Virus record (IMG/VR): IMGVR_UViG_3300027082_000001
Span: 1 to 64,000 of that record
DNA length: 64,000 nt
DNA from: a virus
Direction: 5' to 3' (one strand)
Shown: positions 9,345 to 20,002 of the stretch, piece by piece
Position numbering within the stretch: position 1 is the stretch's first letter
How the letters are laid out: every line of letters begins with the position of its first letter
The notes under the pieces: generated by a model
Databases searched by the model: none
What the model was told of the DNA's origin: nothing
Seen by the model: the letters and a program-made list of their open reading frames with translations, nothing else
Position numbers and translations under genes: made by a program

Positions 9345-10609
9345 ACCAAGAACAACGAGATGCTTTTGCAGACGTACTAGCTTTCATCAATGACCCATCA
9401 CGGAAATTCCACCGGGTTTCAGGTGGTGCTGGAACAGGCAAGAGCTTCTTCATCTCTAAAGTAGCAGATGACATCCTAAAGCACAAAGGACCACATTCCA
9501 ATCTGGTCCACGTCGCTATCACAGCCACCACAAATAAAGCAGCAGCGGTCCTCAAAGGGTCAATGCAGCACCGTCGGGCTGCCATTCAGACCATCTACAG
9601 CTATATGAATCTCCGGATTAAGAATGACTTCAACACAGGTGAGCAGCGGGTGATTCCAACTCCCAAATGGGAAGTCCATGACCGCACTCTGATCATCGTG
9701 GATGAAGCTTCAATGGTGAATCGGACTCTGTACGATTACATCGACAAAGGTACGACCAGTTCCTGTAAGATCTTGTTCGTCGGTGACAAAAACCAACTTG
9801 CCCCGGTTAAGGAAAATATCTCCCCGGTGTATGCTAAGAACAAGACAGAGAGTATGCTGATTCAGCCTGTTCGTCAGGAAAACCAACAAGCTCTAATGGA
9901 TCTCGCAGAGATAGCCAAGCAAACAGTCTTAACTGGTGAGTTCTTCCCTATTGAAGAAGTCCCCGGTGTGATTGACTTCGTGAATGGGAACCAAATGAAA
10001 GGTATTCTTGAGAGAGACTATAATCAAGAAGACTCCAAGCGTCGTATCCTCTGCTACACCAACGAACGGGTTAGGGATTACAATCTCTATGTCCGTGAAC
10101 TTCGTGGTTATACTCAACACTACGAAGTAGGTGAAATGCTCACCAACAATTCCAGTGCTGAACTGGTGGATAAAACTCGTCTCTATACCGATCAGGTTGT
10201 GGAAGTGATTGAACGTGGTGACGAATATCAGAATGATCAAATTATTCCCAATCACAGTCTGGACATGATTGATCTCGTGGTTCGAGATCCTGAGACTTTA
10301 GCTATTTATGAAGTCACAGTCACAGCAGATCCAAACGACCGTGAAGAAGTCCTGAAATACTGGAAGTCCCGGAAGAAGTGGGATCGGTTTTTCAAGTTCC
10401 GTGATCACCATCCAGATCTTCGTAGTGTAGCAGCCAGTACTACTCACAAAGCACAAGGTTCTACTTATGATGATGTCATTGTAGACCTTGGTGACATCGG
10501 AAAGTGTACCCAGCCTGAGATGGCAGCACGTCTTCAGTACGTGGCTCTTACTCGTCCCAAAAACCGCCTCTTCATCCGAGGCAAACTCCCAGAAAGGTTT
10601 TTCAAATGA
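9332..10609 (+). CDS. SF1B (Dda/RecD-like) DNA helicase
   Basis: Walker A GGAGTGKS, IVDEASM, VGDKNQLAPV, TTHKAQGSTY, YVALTR. Confidence 0.93.
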   Translation: MASLNQEQRDAFADVLAFINDPSRKFHRVSGGAGTGKSFFISKVADDILKHKGPHSNLVHVAITATTNKAAAVLKGSMQHRRAAIQTIYSYMNLRIKNDFNTGEQRVIPTPKWEVHDRTLIIVDEASMVNRTLYDYIDKGTTSSCKILFVGDKNQLAPVKENISPVYAKNKTESMLIQPVRQENQQALMDLAEIAKQTVLTGEFFPIEEVPGVIDFVNGNQMKGILERDYNQEDSKRRILCYTNERVRDYNLYVRELRGYTQHYEVGEMLTNNSSAELVDKTRLYTDQVVEVIERGDEYQNDQIIPNHSLDMIDLVVRDPETLAIYEVTVTADPNDREEVLKYWKSRKKWDRFFKFRDHHPDLRSVAASTTHKAQGSTYDDVIVDLGDIGKCTQPEMAARLQYVALTRPKNRLFIRGKLPERFFK

Positions 10610-10908
10610 GCGAAATGGAAATGTGCGTATGTCGATTCGAAGAAGCCGATGATCAAACCATCTTCCCAGAAGACACCGATGACTTCTACGACATGGAAAA
10701 AGAACACGGCTGTCATTACGTCCGTGTGAACGGGAAAATTTTCAAATTCTGGAGTGTCCTCGACGTGGACTACTACGGTTTCCAGACCACACTGCCAGCA
10801 CAGGATGGCCCTGTCATTCTGGCTGCGTGGTATAATGGTGGAGCCGGGATACATGAAGTCGTGGAAGAGACAATCAAGGATCTTCTGAATGATCAGCAAA
10901 GCGACTGA
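10606..10908 (+). CDS. Hypothetical protein
   Basis: ATGA overlap with the helicase stop; acidic, 100 aa. Confidence 0.65.
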   Translation: MSEMEMCVCRFEEADDQTIFPEDTDDFYDMEKEHGCHYVRVNGKIFKFWSVLDVDYYGFQTTLPAQDGPVILAAWYNGGAGIHEVVEETIKDLLNDQQSD

Positions 10909-11293
10909 TTCGTTTACTCAGCGAATCTGGATGGCAGGTAACTACGCCAATGCGGAAGAGATCTGTCGAACATTCTGTGAACAAGGGATGTGTGTCTCCA
11001 TCAGCCCAGCCAACTACATCTATACAAGTGGAGAAGAAGCTGGGTTTGTGGTGACTCTCATCAACTATGCCAGATTCCCAAAAGACCCTGTTTTTTTGAA
11101 GGATCTGGCATTTTGCCTTGCCCTAGATCTCATGAACGGACTACACCAACAGTCCTTCTCGATTGAAGGACCAGAGGAGACTCTGTTTTTCTCAAAAAGA
11201 CCTGAAGATGAACAGAAAGCAATGTCAGAAACAGATCGCTGTCCTTACTGTGGAAAACCCGGTCCACCTTGTTTCAATTGCTCAAAGCCATGA
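10889..11293 (+). CDS. Conserved phage hypothetical protein with C-terminal CxxC..CxxC
   Basis: YIYTSGEEAGFVVTLINYARFP motif; operonic position. Confidence 0.65.
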   Translation: MISKATDSFTQRIWMAGNYANAEEICRTFCEQGMCVSISPANYIYTSGEEAGFVVTLINYARFPKDPVFLKDLAFCLALDLMNGLHQQSFSIEGPEETLFFSKRPEDEQKAMSETDRCPYCGKPGPPCFNCSKP

Positions 11294-11301
11294 GGTAAAC
11301 T

Positions 11302-13917
11302 ATGCACTACGAAATCATTGGCAAAGGTGGTCCTGCTCGCATCGCTATCTTGGTTCCACGTATCCAGAAGAATGAGGTGATCAAACACTACATGCCAGTG
11401 CTTTCGCAGATAAATGAGGAGGTCATGATCTGTGACCTCTTCATCGACCGAAAGAAGAAAAAGACATCCAACTCCAACATCAAGGAATATCTTGATGATC
11501 TTCTGCCAAATCTGGCAGCCGCTGGGATTGAGATGCTGATTGTAACCCAGCCCGATTACTTTAAAGTACTGACAAAACAAGGAAAAACAGATGCAAACAT
11601 CGGTGATATCTTTGATTCGGTTGCTGGTTTCAAAGCAACCTACTGCCCTAACTACACCCGTATTTTCTACGACCCGGAAAAGACCAAAGCAAAGGTTGAT
11701 CAATCACTCCGGGCCGTTACCCACTACTTCGGAGGAACCCATCAGAAGGTCGGATCTTCTATCATCCATGGAGCCACGTATCCATCTACGCTGAAAGACA
11801 AGCTCGATTGGCTGGACAAGCTGATCAAGATGGATGTGGATCTCTCCTGTGATATCGAAGGCTTCTCTTTGAAGCACTACGATGCAGGGATCGGTACAAT
11901 CACATTTTGCTGGGACGAACATAACGGCATAGCCTTTGAGGTGGACAACACTCGAACCAAGAAAGAAGATCCAGTCATTCGACAGGCACTGCGGAGGTTC
12001 TTCGAGAACTTCAAGCGCAGGATGATCTATCATAATGCCTGCTACGACGTGTACGTGTTGATCTTCCAGTTGTTCATGGACAATATCTTGGATCAGGAAG
12101 GTCTCCTCGAAGGTTTGGAGGTGATGCTGAGTAACTGGGAAGACTCCCAACTCATCACCTATCTCGCTACGAACTCCTGTGCTGGCAATGAGTTAGGTCT
12201 CAAAGCTCAAGCACAGGAGTTCGCTGGTAACTATGCCGTCGAAGAGATCAACGACATCACCCAAATCCCACTGAATAATCTTTTGAAGTACAACCTCGTT
12301 GATGGTCTCAGCACTTGGTACGTGTATAACAAGCACTACCCAACCATGATTGCTGACCAGCAGATGGAGACCTACCAGCACTTCAAAGAGTGGGCAGTGG
12401 ATATCATTCAGATGCAGTTGACCGGGCTTCCGGTGAACATGGAGAAAGTCGAAGCTCTCGACAAACTCCTAAACCAAGAGTCAGATCACTGTGTCTTTAA
12501 GATGAAATACACCAAGATCGTTCAAGGGTTTGTGTATCAGCTTGAGGAAGATGCTCTCAAGAAGAAGAACGAGAAGCTGAAGACCAAAATTGTCACTCGT
12601 GCTGACCTTGGATCGACCAAAGATCTCGTGGTTGAATTCAATCCGGGATCTGCTCCACAGCTTCAAAAACTGTTGTATTCCAAGGAGTTTCTTAGTTTGC
12701 CAGTCCTCGATCTGACAGACTCTGGACTTCCATCTACAGGTGCAGACACACTGGAGAAACTGCTTCAGCAGAACATCACTGAGGAAACCAAAGAATTCCT
12801 CAACATCCTATTGAAGTACAAGGCCAGTGCAATCATCATCAGCACATTCATCCCGGCATTCCTGAAAGCATGTCCGGGACCAGATGGATGGCATTACCTG
12901 TTTGGTAATTTCCGACTGGGTGGAACTCTTTCTGGTCGGTTGTCATCAAACAACCCCAATCTCCAGAACATTCCGAGCAGTGCAGGTGGTCCGCTGAAGA
13001 GCAGACTTGCCAAGCTGATCAAAGAATGTTTTGAAGCTCCTCCCGGATGGCTCTTTGTAGGTCTGGACTTCGATTCACTCGAAGACCGGATCTCTGCATT
13101 GCAGACGAAGGATCCTGAGAAGCTGAAGGTTTATACTGACGGCTACGATGGTCACTCTCTGAGAGCCTACGGGTACTTCAGTGATCAGATGCCAGACATC
13201 GACCCTACGTCGGTGGAAAGCATCAACAGCATCGCCAAGAAGTATAAGCCACTGCGTCAGGAATCGAAGGCTCCAACCTTTGCTCTGACCTATCAGGGTA
13301 CATTCCACACGCTGATGACGAACTGTGGTTTCAGCAAGGAGAAGGCTCAAATGATCGAGTCCAAGTACAAGAAGATGTACAAAGTCTCGATTGACTACGT
13401 GAACCAGAAACTGGAGCAAGCGACTCACGATGGCTATATCACAGTGGCCTTCGGACTGCGTGTACGGACACCTCTGTTGAAGCAGACTATTCTTGGTACA
13501 GGAAAGACCCCCAAGGAGGCAGCAGCAGAGGGCAGGACAGCAGGTAACGCCATGGGCCAGAGCTACTGTATGCTCAACTCACGGGCTGCCTGTGCCTTTC
13601 TCAAGAAGGCTCGTAAGTCCAAGCACCGTCTGGACATCAAACCATGTGCTCATATTCATGATGCTCAGTATTACCTCGTTCGTGACGGAGCGTATGAAGC
13701 ACTCATGTATCTGAACACCGAACTTCCCAAAGAAGTCTCGTGGCAAGATGATCCTGAGATCTGGCACGATGAAGTAAAACTCTCTGGTTCAGTGGAGATC
13801 TTCTATCCGAACTGGAACCATGGTTTCGACATCCCCAATACAGCGAATGAGAACACGATCAAAAACAAGATCAAAGAACATCTCGCTGACCTCAAAGAGA
13901 AAGGTATCGCAGCATGA
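11302..13917 (+). CDS. polA: Family A DNA polymerase (N4 gp39-like)
   Basis: Exonuclease motifs DIEG and HNACYD; GRLSSNNPNLQNIP; motif A DFDSLE; motif B RQESKAPTFALTY; motif C HIHDA. Confidence 0.96.
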   Translation: MHYEIIGKGGPARIAILVPRIQKNEVIKHYMPVLSQINEEVMICDLFIDRKKKKTSNSNIKEYLDDLLPNLAAAGIEMLIVTQPDYFKVLTKQGKTDANIGDIFDSVAGFKATYCPNYTRIFYDPEKTKAKVDQSLRAVTHYFGGTHQKVGSSIIHGATYPSTLKDKLDWLDKLIKMDVDLSCDIEGFSLKHYDAGIGTITFCWDEHNGIAFEVDNTRTKKEDPVIRQALRRFFENFKRRMIYHNACYDVYVLIFQLFMDNILDQEGLLEGLEVMLSNWEDSQLITYLATNSCAGNELGLKAQAQEFAGNYAVEEINDITQIPLNNLLKYNLVDGLSTWYVYNKHYPTMIADQQMETYQHFKEWAVDIIQMQLTGLPVNMEKVEALDKLLNQESDHCVFKMKYTKIVQGFVYQLEEDALKKKNEKLKTKIVTRADLGSTKDLVVEFNPGSAPQLQKLLYSKEFLSLPVLDLTDSGLPSTGADTLEKLLQQNITEETKEFLNILLKYKASAIIISTFIPAFLKACPGPDGWHYLFGNFRLGGTLSGRLSSNNPNLQNIPSSAGGPLKSRLAKLIKECFEAPPGWLFVGLDFDSLEDRISALQTKDPEKLKVYTDGYDGHSLRAYGYFSDQMPDIDPTSVESINSIAKKYKPLRQESKAPTFALTYQGTFHTLMTNCGFSKEKAQMIESKYKKMYKVSIDYVNQKLEQATHDGYITVAFGLRVRTPLLKQTILGTGKTPKEAAAEGRTAGNAMGQSYCMLNSRAACAFLKKARKSKHRLDIKPCAHIHDAQYYLVRDGAYEALMYLNTELPKEVSWQDDPEIWHDEVKLSGSVEIFYPNWNHGFDIPNTANENTIKNKIKEHLADLKEKGIAA

Positions 13918-14102
13918 ATTTCATCTCTGTGGCTAACATCAAATACGTGGACTCGGAAAACTTTGAAGAAGTCAGAGGCTATGACGATCTTACCGTCCAA
14001 ACCAACTGTTTCATCTTCCAGTGGTTCGAGTCTCAACAAACCTTGGTCATCCCAATGCACCGGATTGATTACCTCACCACATCTCAGGAGGAAGATTCAT
14101 GA
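13914..14102 (+). CDS. Hypothetical protein
   Basis: ATGA overlap, AAGG RBS. Confidence 0.6.
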   Translation: MNFISVANIKYVDSENFEEVRGYDDLTVQTNCFIFQWFESQQTLVIPMHRIDYLTTSQEEDS

Positions 14103-14281
14103 GTCAGAAAGTCTATAAAAAAGGCTATATGCAAGCTCTAACTGATCTCGAAAAGAAGTTGGACAACGCCATAGCTAACGAAGGAGGTGTTCATTTCGGT
14201 AAGCACTTCGTTCTCAATGTCCACTGGGATCCTGAGATTCGTGACCAAATTGAAGAACTCAAAACGGAGTTTCGCAGATGA
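14099..14281 (+). CDS. Hypothetical protein
   Basis: GGAGG RBS; ATGA overlaps at both ends. Confidence 0.6.
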   Translation: MSQKVYKKGYMQALTDLEKKLDNAIANEGGVHFGKHFVLNVHWDPEIRDQIEELKTEFRR

Positions 14282-15273
14282 AACAGCTGACCAACAACCA
14301 TCAGATCGACCTACCCATTGCAGTCTGGCTTCTTCAGCAGGGCTACTATTCTGGAGCAGATGTCGCTCCAGAAGGAGAGTTGATCAGCGTCACAACCCTG
14401 ATGAAACCGACTCGTCGGTTGATTCTGGAACGTCAGGTAGACCAGAGCCACGAGGTAATGGACGTATCTGATCTGATTGCCTCGCGGGTGGGTCATGGTC
14501 TTCATGATTCCATCGAGCGAGCATGGACTGAGGGCGACTGGAAAGGGGCCATGCGGAGGCTTCGCTATCCCCAGTCAGTGATTGATCGTGTAAAGATCAA
14601 TCCAGATCCTTCGGAGGTTGGTGAGAACGATATTCCCATCTTCTTGGAGCAGCGCCGATTCAAGGAAATCGGGGGTATTGTTCTCACTGGCCAACTGGAT
14701 TTTGCCATCAATGGGGCATACCGTGATGTAAAGACCACTTCTACTTTCAGTTATACTTCTGGATCCAAGGATAAAGATTACATTCTCCAAGGCTCCATGT
14801 ATCGCTACATCATGCCGGAACTGATCTGGCAGGATACCATGAGGATCGAGTTCATCTTCACCGACTGGCAGAAGTATCGAGCCAAAGGAGATCAGAACTA
14901 TCCTCAAGCGAAAGTAGCTCACAAAGAATTCCCTCTAATGTCTGAAGCTGAGACAGAAGAGTGGATCCTCGACAAGCTGGCTGACATCAAGAAGAATGCC
15001 AAACACACGAACAATCAGTCTAAGATGGTTCGATGCACTGATGAAGAACTGTGGAAGCAATCGGATCAGTACAAGTATTACGCCAATTCCGAAACAGCGA
15101 AGAAGGGTGGGCGTGCTCAAAAGACATTTGCCAATCTGGCAGATGCAGAACTCCACAAAAAAGAGAAAGGCAAAGGCACTATCGTCACTGTCAAAGGTGA
15201 AGTGAAAGCCTGCGACTATTGCCCTGCTTTCTCGGTCTGTGAACAACGCAAGGAGTATTTTCCAGATGTCTAA
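14278..15273 (+). CDS. PD-(D/E)xK exonuclease, N4 gp42-like
   Basis: GHGLH, GQLDF, DVKTT, YILQGSMY motifs; C-terminal Cys cluster (RC...CDYCPAFSVC); synteny before primase. Confidence 0.82.
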   Translation: MKQLTNNHQIDLPIAVWLLQQGYYSGADVAPEGELISVTTLMKPTRRLILERQVDQSHEVMDVSDLIASRVGHGLHDSIERAWTEGDWKGAMRRLRYPQSVIDRVKINPDPSEVGENDIPIFLEQRRFKEIGGIVLTGQLDFAINGAYRDVKTTSTFSYTSGSKDKDYILQGSMYRYIMPELIWQDTMRIEFIFTDWQKYRAKGDQNYPQAKVAHKEFPLMSEAETEEWILDKLADIKKNAKHTNNQSKMVRCTDEELWKQSDQYKYYANSETAKKGGRAQKTFANLADAELHKKEKGKGTIVTVKGEVKACDYCPAFSVCEQRKEYFPDV

Positions 15274-17422
15274 CTTCTATGATCTCAGTGTCATAGAGAA
15301 CACGCCACATAACCATGCAATGCAGGAACTGACTGATCTTCTCTGTCACCGTACAGGGCAAGTCAATCGGGACTTCTTTCAGGCAGAAGTGGCGTATTTT
15401 CTCGGCCTCATTCCATCCGCAATGCGATGCAAAATCCAGTCACCTGAACGTGGTGTGCTGCCTGTGAATATCTATTCCATCGGTCTGGCTACGTCCGGCT
15501 TTGGTAAAGGCCATTCTGTGAGCCTGCTGGAAGATGTGCTCTCAGAGTTCAGAGAGATATACATGAAGAGCACTTTTGGTCAACTTTCTGAACAAAACCT
15601 CTTCAATCTCGCTGTAGACATTGCCGCTGCCAAAGGCGGTGATGAACAGAAAGAGCTTGAAGCACTCGAAACTGACTTCAAGAAGCAAGGTCATGCCCCG
15701 TTTATCTTTGACTCGGGTACTGGTCCTGCTGTAAAGCAGCTTCGCTACAAGCTCCTACTCTCAGGGGTGGGGTCCATCAATTTTCAAATGGATGAGATGG
15801 GTTCTAACCTGTTGGGAAACAACGAAGTTCTCAACACACTGTTGGAGCTTTATGACCTTGGCAAGATCAAAGCCAAGTTGGTGAAGAACACCCCGGACAA
15901 TGAAAGGGGTCTGGATATCGCTGGCTCAACACCAGCCAATGTCCTGATGTTCGGAACCAGTTCTAAGCTGTTCGACGGAGCCAAGATCGAGGAAGAGTTC
16001 TATTCCTTCCTCGCAACAGGCTACGCTCGACGCTGTTTTTTCGGGATGGGTAAGAGTGAAACCAAGTTTGCGAGTATCAATCCCGAAGATGTCTACAACG
16101 GGTTGGTGTCAAAGAATCAGTCTGCGGCACTCACCCGTTGGCAGACATTCCTCACCAAGTTTGCCGATCCTCGGTATTACAACCACACGTTGGACGTACC
16201 AAAGGACGTGGGTATCGAATTGATTAGCTATCGTCTTCAGTGTGAGGCGACAGCCAATGAAATGCCAGAGCATGAGGAAATCCGAAAAGCTGAACTGTCA
16301 CATAGGTATTTCAAATCCCTGAAACTCGCTGGAGTGTATGCTTTCCTTGATGAGTCGAGTGAAATCCAGATTCAGCATCTCCGTCAGGCCATCAAGGTCG
16401 CGGAGGAGTCAGGTGCGTCTTTTCAGAAACTGCTGAAGCGCGAACGTAACTTCGTTCGATTGGCGAAGTACATTGCGACCAGCCCGGACAACCTTACTCA
16501 TGCAGACTTGGTTGAGGATTTGCCCTACTACCCAACTTCGACTGTCGCTCGTAAAGAGATGATGGACTTGGCTATGGCGTGGGGTGTGAGCAACCATGTG
16601 GTCATCACCAAAAACGTGGTGCAACAGGTGGAATTTTTCTCTGGTTCAACTCTCACTGAGACGGATCTGAACAAACTGAAGTTCAGCTTCAGTGATCACT
16701 TTGCCTATGACTACGAGGATCAGGAACAGCCTCTGGACAAGCTGGAGATTTTACTCAAGCAACCGAATCTTCACTGGTGTAATCACTCTTTCGAGGGTGG
16801 ACACCGGAGCGAAGATAAGGTGATTCCCGGCTTCAACATGCTGGTGGTGGACGTAGATGGAGGCATTAAGCTCGATGCTGTCCATCAGCTTCTGGCTGAC
16901 TATACGTTCATCACAGCCACAACCAAGCGTCATACAGACGAGGAGAATCGCTTCCGGCTCATCATGCCTGCGAACTACCATCTCCACTTGGAAAAAAACG
17001 ACTATAAGGAATTCATGAATTCCTTTCTTTTGTGGCTTCCATTTGAGTCGGACTCGTCTGCCAATCAGCGTTCCAAGAAATGGCAAACTCATGAAGACTC
17101 TGTGGTTCACATTAACCGTGGACCGCAAGTCATTGATGTTCTGCCATTTATCCCAAAGACCAAGGCAAACTCTGAGTATGTGAAACAAGTCGCAGACCTT
17201 GGAAACCTTGAAAATCTGGAGCGATGGTTCTTGAACAACATGGAGGTTGGGGGTAGGAATAACACCCTGCTCAACTACGCCATGATGCTCAAGGATGCAG
17301 GCATGAGCTACGACGATTTGGAGAAAAAAGTTATCAAACTGAACTCTGAATCGGAGTCACCTCTCAAGAAGGACGAAATCTATTCGACCGTCCTCAAATC
17401 TGTGGCATCCAAAATACCATAA
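15266..17422 (+). CDS. DNA primase (N4 gp43/Dns-like)
   Basis: SGFGKG P-loop, MDEMG, VDVDGG AEP motif, HT..NRFR, GGRNNTL PriCT-like motif; AGGAG RBS. Confidence 0.88.
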   Translation: MSNFYDLSVIENTPHNHAMQELTDLLCHRTGQVNRDFFQAEVAYFLGLIPSAMRCKIQSPERGVLPVNIYSIGLATSGFGKGHSVSLLEDVLSEFREIYMKSTFGQLSEQNLFNLAVDIAAAKGGDEQKELEALETDFKKQGHAPFIFDSGTGPAVKQLRYKLLLSGVGSINFQMDEMGSNLLGNNEVLNTLLELYDLGKIKAKLVKNTPDNERGLDIAGSTPANVLMFGTSSKLFDGAKIEEEFYSFLATGYARRCFFGMGKSETKFASINPEDVYNGLVSKNQSAALTRWQTFLTKFADPRYYNHTLDVPKDVGIELISYRLQCEATANEMPEHEEIRKAELSHRYFKSLKLAGVYAFLDESSEIQIQHLRQAIKVAEESGASFQKLLKRERNFVRLAKYIATSPDNLTHADLVEDLPYYPTSTVARKEMMDLAMAWGVSNHVVITKNVVQQVEFFSGSTLTETDLNKLKFSFSDHFAYDYEDQEQPLDKLEILLKQPNLHWCNHSFEGGHRSEDKVIPGFNMLVVDVDGGIKLDAVHQLLADYTFITATTKRHTDEENRFRLIMPANYHLHLEKNDYKEFMNSFLLWLPFESDSSANQRSKKWQTHEDSVVHINRGPQVIDVLPFIPKTKANSEYVKQVADLGNLENLERWFLNNMEVGGRNNTLLNYAMMLKDAGMSYDDLEKKVIKLNSESESPLKKDEIYSTVLKSVASKIP

Positions 17423-17440
17423 CCACCTGAAGGAGACACA

Positions 17441-18181
17441 ATGTCTGACGCCAACAATCCTCACAGCATCCTGATCTGTGGGGAGTCTGGGGCTGGTAAA
17501 TCCATGTCCCTGTACTCTCTGCGTGATCGTACAGACGTGCTGTATCTTAACTGTGAGGGCGGGAAACCCCTGCCCTTCAAGAACAAGTTCAAGAACAAGG
17601 TGATCACCGATCCGGAAGACATCATCGACTGGCTTGCACAACTCGAAGAACTGGGATCTGAAAACCCCTATAACTTCGTTGTGATCGACACCATCAGTTT
17701 CATGATGGATATGTACGAGACGGTCTATGTGATCGACTCTGCAAACACCCAGAAGGCATGGGGCAACTATTCCCAATTCTTCAAGCGTCTGATCAACGCA
17801 TCTTCGAAAGTCAATGCTTTCTTCATTTTCATCGGTCACTTGGATCGTGAACTCGATGAAGAAGCAGGTGTCTTTCGTACCAGCGTACCCGTCAAGGGTG
17901 CTCTCAAGAAGAAAGGTCTCGAAGCCTATTTCACCACAGTGGTGAACGTCAGCAAGGAAACCATCAAGGATCTCCAGAAGTATCCTGAAAACTCGATGCT
18001 GAATATCACTGAGGAAGAAAAAGAACTGGGCTTCAAGCACGTTTTCCAAACCCGAACCACCAAGAAGACTGTCGGTGATCGGATCCGTTCTCCCATGGGA
18101 ATGTGGGATCGTTCCGAACTTTACATCGACAATGACCTTACTCCTGTAATCAAACGATTGATTGCATACTACGAGGACTGA
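17441..18181 (+). CDS. AAA ATPase, N4 gp44 / Sak4-like ssDNA annealing protein
   Basis: GESGAGKS, VVIDTIS, FIGH; position between primase and SSB. Confidence 0.85.
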   Translation: MSDANNPHSILICGESGAGKSMSLYSLRDRTDVLYLNCEGGKPLPFKNKFKNKVITDPEDIIDWLAQLEELGSENPYNFVVIDTISFMMDMYETVYVIDSANTQKAWGNYSQFFKRLINASSKVNAFFIFIGHLDRELDEEAGVFRTSVPVKGALKKKGLEAYFTTVVNVSKETIKDLQKYPENSMLNITEEEKELGFKHVFQTRTTKKTVGDRIRSPMGMWDRSELYIDNDLTPVIKRLIAYYED

Positions 18182-18236
18182 CTCTTCTCTCTTGGTTTCG
18201 ACCAAGTCAACTCATGAACCAAAAGAAGGACAAACC

Positions 18237-19055
18237 ATGAGCAACATTTTCTCGAAAGCAAAACCCGCTGCCAAGGCTGAAGTCGAAGACGACTTTCTCG
18301 GTGGTGGTGGCATACTCGACACGGATATCTATCCGGCTGAGATCAAATATGCCTACATCGGCAAAGCTGCCCACAGCGATGCCCGCAACCTGACCCTCTG
18401 CTTGAAGGTCAATGGCAAAACGGAAGTGACCCGTCAGACTTGGATGACCAACCGGAACGGTGATGTCACCTACAAGGACAAGAAGACTGGTGAAGCAAAG
18501 AACCTTCCCGGCTTCAATCAGGTGAACAGCCTGTGTATGCTCATCGCTTCAAAAGAAGTCGGTGACATGGAAGTAGAGGAGAAGACTCTGAATCTCTACG
18601 ACTTCGATGCACAGAAAGAAGTTCCTCAAGCTGTGGAGTGTTTCACCGAACTCCATGGTGAGAAGATCCAAGTCGCCATCCAGCGTCAGACGGTGGACAA
18701 GACTGAGAAAAACGAAGCCACGGGTGACTATGAACCCACTGGCGAAACTCGTGATCAGAACGAGTTCATCAAGTTCTTCCCAGAAGATCGTCTGGTGACG
18801 ATCAGCGAAGTGGCTCATTTTGTGAAGAGTCTTGGTGGTGACTTCGAAGAAGTTCTCAACGACGGTGATCTCGGCAAAGCCATCTCCAAGATGGACGAAG
18901 ACGGTGATTATGCTCACAAGTGGCTGGAAAAGAACCGTGGCCAGACCTACGACAAATCCACCGGCAAGAAAGAAGGCAAAGCCTTCAAAAATGGCAAGTC
19001 TGACTCGTCTGGTGGAGGCGAGAAAAAGCAGAAGTCCAGCTTGTTCGACGATTGA
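18237..19055 (+). CDS. ssb: Single-stranded DNA-binding protein (N4 gp45-like)
   Basis: N4 synteny, NLPGFNQVNSL motif, acidic C-tail SSLFDD, AAGGA RBS. Confidence 0.85.
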   Translation: MSNIFSKAKPAAKAEVEDDFLGGGGILDTDIYPAEIKYAYIGKAAHSDARNLTLCLKVNGKTEVTRQTWMTNRNGDVTYKDKKTGEAKNLPGFNQVNSLCMLIASKEVGDMEVEEKTLNLYDFDAQKEVPQAVECFTELHGEKIQVAIQRQTVDKTEKNEATGDYEPTGETRDQNEFIKFFPEDRLVTISEVAHFVKSLGGDFEEVLNDGDLGKAISKMDEDGDYAHKWLEKNRGQTYDKSTGKKEGKAFKNGKSDSSGGGEKKQKSSLFDD

Positions 19056-20002
19056 ACCAAGCAGACTTCATAGAGGTCTTCGGACAGGTGGTGGATTCGT
19101 ACTCATTGCGGATCCCCACCTACGTTCATGTCAGCAAGAAAAACCAGAAAGCAGTCAACCTGAACGTCTATCGAAACCTCCATCACCATCATCTCAACAC
19201 ACAAAAGAAAAACTTCGCAGATGAGGTGAAACCACTTCTGAGGGATAAGCCACGAGCAGAACGAGTGTGGATCCACTACACAGTCTTTGCCCCCAGAAAT
19301 GGCCGACTCGACACGATGAATGTCGGGTCCATCGCTGACAAGTATTTCAGTGATACGATGGTGGAAGCTGGAAAGATCCCTGATGACAACATGGATCATA
19401 TCGTGTTGTCCACTTTTTCCTTTGGTGGTGTGGTTCCAATGGATGGCCATGCTATCGCAACAGTCAATATTCTCACAAAGGAGTCCGAAGATATGCGGAT
19501 TATTCTCGACCAAGAGGACATCCAGAACGCCCTGAACGCATACGTCAAGACGCTGAATTTCCCCAATGCTGAACAAGCAGAAGTGGATCTGGACGTCGAA
19601 AACGATGAGATCGTCGCAGAGGTGGTCATGGGTGAAGCCAAGCCAAAAAACAAAGGCGGGCGTCCTCGCAAAAACACCACACGGAAGGCTCCGGCCAAGA
19701 AGCAGGAGGACACCGATGTGGAAAACACTACTTCTGGCAGCGACGAAGGAGATAGCACTGACTCTGATTCAGGAGGAAGTACAGAGACGGAGGACGCTGC
19801 TGAAACAGGAGAGAAAAACTCTTCTGAAGACGCAAAACCCAAAACCACAACCGAAGAAGTCAAAGGGAACTCCAAAAAGGGAAACCTTTTCGGGGACGAG
19901 GAAACAAAATCCTCGGACTCAGCGACGACTGAGAGTGATTCCCCCAAATCAAAAACGGTTGTGAAGCCTGCAAAAAAGTCGAGCATTTTCGATGTGGACT
20001 AA
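19052..20002 (+). CDS. RusA-like Holliday junction resolvase fused to an acidic low-complexity domain
   Basis: NLNVYRN and RLDTMNV..IADKYFSDTMVEAGKIPDDN (RusA DxxN..K..D..DD pattern); acidic/Lys-rich C-terminal half; TTG start. Confidence 0.75.
   Translation: MNQADFIEVFGQVVDSYSLRIPTYVHVSKKNQKAVNLNVYRNLHHHHLNTQKKNFADEVKPLLRDKPRAERVWIHYTVFAPRNGRLDTMNVGSIADKYFSDTMVEAGKIPDDNMDHIVLSTFSFGGVVPMDGHAIATVNILTKESEDMRIILDQEDIQNALNAYVKTLNFPNAEQAEVDLDVENDEIVAEVVMGEAKPKNKGGRPRKNTTRKAPAKKQEDTDVENTTSGSDEGDSTDSDSGGSTETEDAAETGEKNSSEDAKPKTTTEEVKGNSKKGNLFGDEETKSSDSATTESDSPKSKTVVKPAKKSSIFDVD

Noticed and set aside
14278-15273. Cas4 as evidence of a CRISPR system
   Set aside because: It is the core N4 gp42-type nuclease in the replication module; no cas genes or array are present.
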